A stretch of 64,000 nucleotides of DNA from Octopus vulgaris (taxonomy: Eukaryota). This document shows positions 54,762 through 64,000 of the stretch, piece after piece (the first letter of the stretch is position 1; each line of letters opens with the position of its first letter). The notes under the pieces are model-generated. The model was not told the DNA's origin and did no database searches. It saw only the letters and a program-made list of their open reading frames with translations. The stretch spans positions 82,212,001 to 82,276,000 of the forward strand of contig OX597827.1 of the NCBI GenBank assembly GCA_951406725.2, given 5' to 3'. A program made the position numbers and the translations under genes.

Positions 54762-55590
54762 CAGGGGTTGGACAAAACAAGGGAAATACTTAGCATCATA
54801 GCATCATAATTTTGAAATATCTATAAAACCTTCAAAAGCTTGTTTCTTTGGTTTATTATTAGTGTTGCTTAATAGGTTTTGCTAAAATTGCTTTTTTTTT
54901 CAGATATCATCAAAAAAAGGTTTCAAAGACATCAAATTGTTGGTGCTCGTGTGGCAGGCGCTGGCGTAACAAAAACATCCGAAATGTTTGGTGCATCAAG
55001 AAGTACTGTCTCGGAAGTAATGACAGCCTTTGAGGAAGAGGGAAAAACCTCCTTGTCAAAACAAAACTCCAGAAGAAAACCAAAACATTCAAATAGGGAC
55101 TGTCAGACTCTTACACGAATTTTTAGAAAGGATAACAAAAGCACAGCTCCCAAAATTACTGCAGAGTATAATGACCACCTTGAGAACCCAGTTTCCACAA
55201 AAACTGTTTGCTGGGAGCTGCACAAAGCTAGATTTCATGGGAGGGCTGCAATCAGAAAACCACTACTTTCAGAAACAAACATTGGAAAGCATTTAAAGTG
55301 GAGTAAAAACCTACAGAATTGGTCCCTAGAGCAGTGGAAGAATGTTATTTTCTCTGATGAGTTATCCTTTACCTTATTTCTAACTACTGGCCGAGTATAC
55401 ATATGGAGACAGCCAGAAGAAGCATTTTACCTAGACTGCCTTCTTCCAACTGTTAAACATGGAGGAGGATCTGTGATGATCTGGGGGTGGGGGCTATATC
55501 TTGGAAATCTACCAGCCCAATGGTTTCCCTTCATGGCAGGATTAATAGTCAAGGCTATTTAAGCATTTCATCTGATCCAATTCATCCTAT
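54762..55590 (+). mobile_element. Tc1-type transposon: left TIR and N-terminal two-thirds of the transposase, truncated by a SINE
   Basis: TA|CAGGGGTTGGACAAAA. ORF 54879-55562 has HTH regions, RKPLL, WKNVIFSDE and PTVKHGGGSVMIWG, then a frameshift. Confidence 0.9.
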
Positions 55591-55796
55591 GCCTGTGTGT
55601 TTGTCTCACCCCCACTGCTTGATAACTAGTGTTGGTGTGTTTATGTCCCCCTAACATAGCGGTTTGATAAAAGAGATTGACAGGCTTTAAAAAAAATAAA
55701 TCCTGGGATTGATTCAGTTGACTTAACCACTTCAAAGCATCGCTCCAGCATGGCCACAGTCAAATGACTGAAAGAAGAGATCAAAAATAAAAGATG

Positions 55797-55828
<32 letters not shown>

Positions 55829-55837
55829 CATAAATAT

Positions 55838-56334
55838 ATTCTTTTATTCGTTTCAATCATTTGACTGTGGCCATGCTGGAGCACTGCCTTTAATCAAACA
55901 AATTGACTCCAGGACTTATTCTTTGTAAAACTAATACTTATTTTATCGTGCCATTTTACCAAACCACTAAGTTACAGGGATGCAGCCACACCAAAATCGG
56001 TTGTCAAATGATGGTGGGGAAGACAAGCACACACACAAATATATGTACATATATATTGCTGCCTGACTGTCTCCCGTGCTGGTGGTATGTAAAAAGCCTC
56101 ATTTGAGCGTGGTCAATGCTAGTACTGGATGACTGTCCCCCCTGTGCCAGTGGCACATGAAAAGCATCCACTACACTCTCAGAGTTATTGGTATTAGGAA
56201 GGGCATCCAGCTGTAGAAACACTGCCAGATCAAACTGGAGCCTGGTGCAGCCTCCTGGCTTGCTAGTCCTCAATAAAACCATCAAACATATGCCAGCATG
56301 GAAAGTGGATGTTAAACAATGATGATGATGATAA

Positions 56335-56387
<53 letters not shown>

Positions 56388-56535
56388 ACAAACTTCTTTC
56401 AGTTTCTCTCTACTAAATCCACTCACAAGGCTTTGATCAGCTGAAGACTATAGTAGATGTTTCCTCAAGGTGCCACGCAGTGGAACTGAACCTGGAACTA
56501 TGTGGTTGGGAAGCAAGCTTCTTGCCACACAGAGA
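55838..56535 (-). mobile_element. SINE family B split by a plus-strand RTE 3' fragment (about 56060-56335)
   Basis: SINE 3' half at 55838-56035 and 5' half at 56385-56535; the RTE UTR with (GAT)n tail sits in the SINE's internal microsatellite. Confidence 0.8.
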
Positions 56536-56536
56536 C

Positions 56537-56587
<51 letters not shown>

Positions 56588-56702
56588 TGTACACACATAT
56601 ACACATCTGTGTGTATTCATATATACATATATTTATGTATATATGTATATACATATATGAATATACAGAAAGATAAGTACATACATGTATATTTAACTAT
56701 AT

Positions 56703-56745
<43 letters not shown>

Positions 56746-57269
56746 ATGTATGTATGTATATATATAGTTAGTAGACTTATATGTTTAAATTCTTTAAGTT
56801 GTGCAAATTGCAAAAGTATACAAGTTCCATAAACAAATATATGCGCATATGTGTGTATGTATATACATGTGTATATAAGAGTATAAACACATCCATGCAC
56901 ATGTATGTGTATAAGTGTGTGTATAACGTTATCCCTCCACACACACACACACATATAGGCGTACATTCTTCACTGTAATAAGTCTTTCACTTAGTGTTTC
57001 AAGTTACATGCTACCATTGTCTTTTTCTTGTTCAACATCATCATCATCATCATCAACAACAACAGTACCAATGTCGTTATCATCATAATCATCATTATCT
57101 TCATCATAGTCATCATCGTCATCGTCTTCTGCCTCTTTTTTATTCTCTGTCTCTATTGAGCTGTCAATCAAATCGCTTTCCAACATCAGTGTACTGATAC
57201 ACAGCATTATATATACATACATATATATATATACATACATATATACATATATAAATATATAAGTGCATA

Positions 57270-57312
<43 letters not shown>

Positions 57313-57722
57313 TTGCATCATATATACAAAATCTTTTATGCAAGTTATACATAAGTGCATTAATATATGTGTGTATATACATACCTGTATATATGTATAC
57401 ATATGGAGGAACAGAAAGGGGGATAAGATGAGAGAGAGAAATATATATATATATGTCCATATGCTAGTGTTTTTTGTGTGTAAATATAACTTAAAGTAAT
57501 ATCTCAGATTTATATTTTTTACGCTTATAATTTACAAATGTGCCCCGATTAAATAGTGTGTGTGTATTCATATGCCTATATATATAGATACCCATCCATA
57601 TACATACACGTATGTATAGGTATGCATATTTATATATATATATATATATATATATAGGGATAGATATATGGATAGATACACTTTTTAATATTTGCACATT
57701 TGTAAATAAAATCATAATACCT

Positions 57723-57754
<32 letters not shown>

Positions 57755-57920
57755 TAATGTATGTAATTATTATACATACACACACTTAGGTATACGAGCA
57801 CATTTTATATATGCAAAAGTCTTTCTGAGACCTCATCATATATTGCGCATCACAAATACACATATGTCTATGTACATTCTTTACTGAATTAAACAGCTGT
57901 ATTATATATACATACATATA

Positions 57921-57952
<32 letters not shown>

Positions 57953-57958
57953 GATATA

Positions 57959-58010
<52 letters not shown>

Positions 58011-58414
58011 TGTATGCATTACATTAATGCAATTGTGCACCTCTTTCAACATGACAACAATACATATTTGATTAGAAGTGAATGCGTGTGTGTGTGTGTG
58101 TGTTGGAGTGTAGGGTAGGATGTTGCTAACTCTGAGTATGTGTGTTTATTATCAAAGTACTTCCAGACATGGGTATAAGCTTGACTATAGTGCTGGGTTC
58201 AATCCAAAGGAGTGGTGTCATTGTCATGTGTCTTTTTTCCATACTATTAACACATTGAACATTTTTAAATCAAAGTTTGCTCTGCAAGACACCTATTCTG
58301 TATCTACAGATGACATCATCATCATTGATGCTGTAGCTGTTGTTGTCATCATCATCTCCAGTGGTATCTCCATCATCACAATCATCCTCATCATTACTCT
58401 TCTCATTGCTGCCA

Positions 58415-58577
<163 letters not shown>

Positions 58578-58722
58578 TTGCTTTGTATCTATTTTTCTAT
58601 TCTGTCATGGTCGGATGTTCTTTCTGAGTCAGTTTTACAGCTATAGGGTGGGGCAGAGAGGACAGACGTTTTTGAAATTGGTTTTTACTCAACCCCAACA
58701 GGAGGGACAGATGTCTGACTGG

Positions 58723-58874
58723 TCATCATCATCATTGTTCGACCGTGGTCGAGACAATGGAATTTTCTATGCTACGCCAGACTTCACGGTCCATCATAGC
58801 ATTACGGAGGTCCTGTTGCTGGATGCCTGTATCCCTGGAGATTACATCAGGGTAGGAGAGTGTGCGCCCTCAGA
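58723..58874 (-). mobile_element. 3' end of another RTE-like LINE
   Basis: Minus-strand GRTLSYPDVISRDTGIQQQDLRNAMMDREVWRS..* followed by (TGA)n. Confidence 0.7.
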
Positions 58875-59022
58875 TGGTACCATTCAATCTGACTGGTACC
58901 ATTCAATCTGTGGTACCATTCAATCTGACTGGTACCATTCAATCTGTGGTACCATTCAATCTGACTGGTACCATTCAATCTGTGGTACCATTCAATCTGA
59001 CTGGTACCATTCAATCTGTGGT
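58875..59022. repeat. Four copies of a 36-bp tandem unit (19+17 bp subunits)
   Basis: (TGGTACCATTCAATCTGAC TGGTACCATTCAATCTG) repeated four times. Confidence 0.95.
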
Positions 59023-59079
59023 CTCTGAACCCTTTTTGGAATGTGATGTGATAATATAACAGTTCTGAGTCTGTTTGCA

Positions 59080-59450
59080 AACCAAACAAATTGCTTAGCA
59101 GCATTTCTTCTGTCTTTATGCTCTGAGCTTAAATTCTGCCAAGGGTGAATTCTTTTATCCTTTCAGAGTCATTAAAATATGTCCCGGTTGAGAATTGGGG
59201 GTCAATGTTATCACCTTACCCCCCTAATTGCTGACTTTGTGCCAAAATTATTATCCTCCTCAAGGCAGTGAACTGGCAGAACTGTTCTCATGCTGGACAA
59301 AATGCTTAGCTGTGGTTCATCCATCTTTATGTTCTGAGTTCAAATTCTGCTGAGGTTGACTTTGCCTTTCATCCTTCCAGGGTTAATGAAATAATTACCA
59401 GTTGAGTGCTGGGGTAAATGTAATTGACTGACCCCTTCCACTGAATTTTG
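59080..59450 (+). mobile_element. Two tandem degenerate SINE family A copies
   Basis: CTGAG.T.AAATTCTGC at about 59123 and 59333. Confidence 0.7.
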
Positions 59451-59617
59451 TACCATCCTCCTAAAAGGTTTTGGGGGAACCCTTATGTAAAACGTTTTTA
59501 GGGCTTATGGACTGCTTCTTTTGCAAGTCTTTGCTGAGATGTACAAGACTTTGAAATGCAGATTCCTGTGACAGGTCATTAGGAGATGTTTCTTGAAGAG
59601 GTATATGTATGCTTGTA

Positions 59618-59681
<64 letters not shown>

Positions 59682-60361
59682 TGCATATGTATATACATTT
59701 GCATGTGTGTATATGTGTATGAATATACATGTGTATGTATGTAGTTGAGATGTGTTCTGTTAAGAATGTGTTGGAGTACAAATAGAGCTCATTCACCTGT
59801 AGAATTCCCAAATAGGGGGTAGTGTTATTATGGTGTGCTACCAATTCTAGTCTTAGGTATTCCTCATGTGTGAAAATAAAAAGTAAAAAGTTTTAGTTTC
59901 AAAGGCGCCATGGATGTTGTAGCATGGAAATCTAGATTTACTTACGGAGACAGCAATTAAATATCACCTGAGAGATACATATGGACCTTCTTATACAGGT
60001 AAATCGTTTCATAATTTAATTTAAATTTAACTTTAAATGCTGTATATACGTGGATCCATATGTATCGAAATATTTGTAGTGATTATTAAAAAGCTGCCTA
60101 ACCATTCTTACTCTCCCATTTGGCTCTTTTTACTTTGTGTATGTATGTATGTATATATATGTGTGTGTATATGCATGAATGCATGTAAGTGTGTATGTGT
60201 GTATGTATGCATGTATGTAGATGTGTGTATGCACATAATGATACGGAAAGGCATTTCTTTGTGAAATATATATATATATATATATATGATGTGACCTCGT
60301 GTGTACCGTTGATGATTTGTTTTCCTCTGTCTTCCCTTCTCTGGATCTTTCCTTCTCCTAT

Positions 60362-60396
60362 GTTTCTGACGAAGAGCTCCGCTCGAAACGTTAAAC
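60362..60396 (+). ncRNA. Minimal type I hammerhead motif, canonical core, in a ~200-bp unit (60285-60487) flanked by (TA)n
   Basis: gttt CTGACGA a gagc-tcc-gctc GAAAC GTT aaac. The palindromic ACGT stem III implies a dimer-type ribozyme. Confidence 0.75.
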
Positions 60397-61200
60397 CCTC
60401 CTTCTTTCCTGAGCGTCCAATAATACTATATTTGTTCCACGTCCTCGCGTTGTTGTGTTTTTTGTGTTTTCTTGTTTGGATTAACTTATATATATATATA
60501 TATATATATATTGATAGATATATATATACAGCAGTGTGAATACCGATAGATTGGTGTGAGTAGACAAGATTACTTTGTGGTATTTGTTCAGTCCAAGTTA
60601 CACAGACAGTCCCTTGTTACCCCCACTATAGGCAATACAGTGGTCTGAAGATTGGCCCATTACCTTTAAACAACGATGGGATTATATAGGGTTTGGGAAG
60701 GAAATATTTGACAGAGAATATCAGGAAATATAACAGAAGAATTTTATAGGAATACCAACATTATCATTGGCATGGGAGTAATTTTTATCACCTGCTTCAC
60801 CACCACCATCACCAGTGCCACTGCCACCACCAACACCACCACCACTACAAGTGCCACCACCGTAATCTTAAATACAGAGGCATGCTCAGTTTAGAGTGAG
60901 TCAGATACATTAAGTTTCTCTTTGTTATCTCTAATATATGTAAATGATTATGTATAATGTTATACACAGTTACAAAACTTTGAATGTTTCATGCATATAT
61001 AAAAATACATACATTTCATCTATTATATATATGTGCGTGTATATATACACATGTGCACACTCATATATATATATGCGTGTGTATATATACACATATACAC
61101 ACACATATGTATATATATGTGTGTATATAGACATATACACACACATGTATATGTGTGTATATATATACACATACACACATGTATACATATGTGTGTGTGA

Positions 61201-61242
<42 letters not shown>

Positions 61243-61665
61243 AGAGAGAGAGAGCCCCACACACATGTATACATGAATACATTTTGGAAGCGTTAATGTA
61301 TATTATTGACTCTATACAACATAATATAAAACAATATGAATTTCATTATATGGACATCACATCAAAATTTGTTTTCAATATATATATGTGTGTGTGGGTG
61401 TGTGTGTGTGTATGCAAATGTTTGTGTATGTGTGTGTGTGTGTGTGTGTATGCAAATGTGTGTATGCATGTGGTTGAGCTTAAGCATTCCTATGTATGCT
61501 TATTATTCACATGGCAAGGTGTGTGTGTGTGTGTGTGTGTGCTTATGTATGCACACTTATGTGTGTAATTGTGCCAATATTCATTCATCTATATACATCT
61601 AAACTTTCAGTTATCTATATGCACATGCCTGATATATGATATATATATATATATATATATATATA

Positions 61666-61850
61666 TCATCATCATCATCATCGTTTAGCGTCCACTTTCC
61701 ATGCTAGCATGGGTTGGACGGTTCAACTGGGGTCAGGGAAGCCATGGAGGCTGCACCAGGCCCAGTCTGATTTGGCAATGTCTCTACGGCTGGATGCCCT
61801 TACTAATGCCAACCACTCTGACAGTGTAGTGGGTGCTTTTTACGTGCCAG
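61666..61850 (-). mobile_element. RTE 3' UTR terminal fragment
   Basis: CATCGTTTAGCGTCCACTTTCCATGCTAGCATGGGTTGG..GTAGTGGGTGCTTTTTACGTGCC. Other short or old copies at about 10255-10440, 23860-23915, 27140-27250, 29380-29480, 32025-32085 and 41370-41560. Confidence 0.85.
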
Positions 61851-61881
61851 TATATGCATATAAAGATAGATGGATGGATGG

Positions 61882-62027
<146 letters not shown>

Positions 62028-62708
62028 GGGTAGATGGATGGAGAGAAAGAGAGAGGAAAAGAGATAGATATGTAGACAGACAAACAAGCAGACAGGCAGG
62101 CAGACACATAGATTTTTTCTGTCAACAATCAAACTCTGACACTCCCAATCCATGTGACCTCCACTAAGCACTATTTCCAACTTGCATCATTTGACTCGTA
62201 CCATTTGGTCAGTGTACTTAAAGTGGGGGGACAGGGGGGCAGGGGGGGGCAGGAATTTCCTTCACACAATCTTTTACTGTTAGTAGGTTACCATAGTAAC
62301 ACCAGATCTCCTGCCACATGATGTCTTCTCCAAGGGAAACCAATAAATCTTCATATTTGTTGTGGCTGTGTGATTGTTGTTGTTGTTGTTGCTGGAGTTA
62401 GATTGCCATAAATTTTGTCTTTGGATTTAATGTTTCCTCCATGAGCTATTGAACGGTTCTTGTAGTGGTCTTGTGCTGTTGGTTTGCAACTATCTAGGGT
62501 TATAAATATGTGTGTGTGTGTGTGTGTGCATGCGTGCATTTATGTGAGGCGTGTGGCCTCGTGGTTAGAGTGTTGCACTGATGATTGCTAGATCATGCAT
62601 TCAATTCCCAGGTTGGGTGGCAAGTTGTGTTCTTGAGCAAAACCCTTCATTTCACATTGCTTCAGTCCACTGCGCTGTAAATGGGTTCAACCCTGTGATG
62701 GATCATGT

Positions 62709-62756
<48 letters not shown>

Positions 62757-62843
62757 ATAATACATATACATATATATATACGTATATGTATATACATATA
62801 TATACATATATATACATATATATTTACATATATATATACATAC

Positions 62844-62930
<87 letters not shown>

Positions 62931-63096
62931 CACACACATATACATATACATATATACATATACATATATATATATACTTATATATATATACATATATACA
63001 TATATAGGGAGAGTTCATGAAAAAAACAAAAGACGAAGACAGGTGGTGCACAAAGCAAACAGATGTATTAGTATAACGCTCAGGAATAGAAAATGT

Positions 63097-63132
63097 CTTT
63101 TACGTTTCATGCCTATGCTCTTCTACAGAAAG
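63097..63132 (-). ncRNA. Minimal hammerhead-like motif, A6U core, in unit 63007-63180
   Basis: Minus strand: cttt CTGTAGA a gagc-atag-gcat GAAAC GTA aaag. Confidence 0.55.
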
Positions 63133-63182
63133 GGACACAGAAAAAACATGAGAGAGAAAAAAAATGTGTGTAGTGGCTACCA

Positions 63183-63220
<38 letters not shown>

Positions 63221-63223
63221 ATA

Positions 63224-63281
<58 letters not shown>

Positions 63282-63383
63282 ATAAAAATGGTAAGACAAC
63301 CAAGGAATGAAAGAGACCTCGATATTATGTAAATAGAGGAATTCATCTGTAAATGTAATATGCGACAATTATTCGGTAGCCAT

Positions 63384-63437
63384 GATAAAACTCTGAGTTT
63401 CGGATGCTGAGGTGGAAATCCCATCTCTTCAGTTATC
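63384..63437 (-). ncRNA. Type I hammerhead motif, canonical core, in microsatellite-flanked unit 63275-63452
   Basis: Minus strand: gataa CTGAAGA gatg-(15 nt)-catc-c GAAAC tc-a-ga GTT ttatc. Stem III ACTC-A-GAGT, stem I 5 bp. Confidence 0.75.
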
Positions 63438-63460
63438 CGGCCATCGGAAAAATGCATGTA

Positions 63461-63498
<38 letters not shown>

Positions 63499-64000
63499 CG
63501 CACACACACACACACATATACATGCATACATATGTATGTATATGTGTGTATATATATTTGTTTTATGGTTTCGGCCCTAAGGTTGTGGCCATACTGGAGC
63601 ACCAGCAGTGTAATCACCTTTACAATGGCCATTCTTATGTGATTGGCTTTTGGTGATGGAGGGAGTTCAATATAACTGCCCTTCTTTGAATTTTCTGTTT
63701 TGATATAGGTTCATCGGGGACCTTGGATAGCAGGAGGTGAAGTTGTTTCTTGAAAACATTTACCAGAGCTGGATTAACCCATTAAGCAGAATAAACCCAT
63801 GCTTAGGACATCAAGGAACGGAAGGGACACCACAGAAATGTAAATGGTTTATGGCATGAAAGAAATCACTTGAAACTTGCTAAAATAATCTTCGTAATGG
63901 CTTATCTCTACTCAGTATAGAAGCAGAAGTTTTAAGGAAAATTCATTTTAACGATATTATCAAACACTTTGCAATTAAAAAATAAATGGAGAAAACTTTT

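Noticed and set aside
58875-59022. 36-bp repeats as a CRISPR array
   Set aside because: The units are contiguous with no unique spacers, there are no cas genes, and the context is eukaryotic.
59535-59605. Possible AG..GT exon
   Set aside because: Weak acceptor, no recognisable peptide and no neighbouring exons.

Overview
AT-rich, microsatellite-saturated animal DNA with no supportable host protein-coding gene, so the window reads as intergenic or deep intronic. The repeat families resemble those of Octopus or other coleoid cephalopods (inference). Almost all ORF-track entries are translations of (TA)n/(CA)n/(ATC)n repeats. Recognisable elements: three tRNA-derived SINE families, 5'-truncated RTE LINEs, Dong/R4-type LINE fragments in (TAA)n, four Tc1/mariner relics, a Merlin-type element with two divergent transposase relics, non-autonomous Helitrons and Penelope-like (PLE) RT/GIY-YIG relics. 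The main unexpected signal is a set of minimal type I hammerhead ribozyme (HHR) motifs: ten with recognisable architecture plus several decayed ones. They sit in short non-coding units, mostly embedded in (TA)n tracts, as monomers, tandems and inverted pairs. Five copies from three unrelated units share the non-canonical core CUGUNGA (A6U). All calls were made by eye; boundaries are approximate unless a TSD or TIR is quoted.
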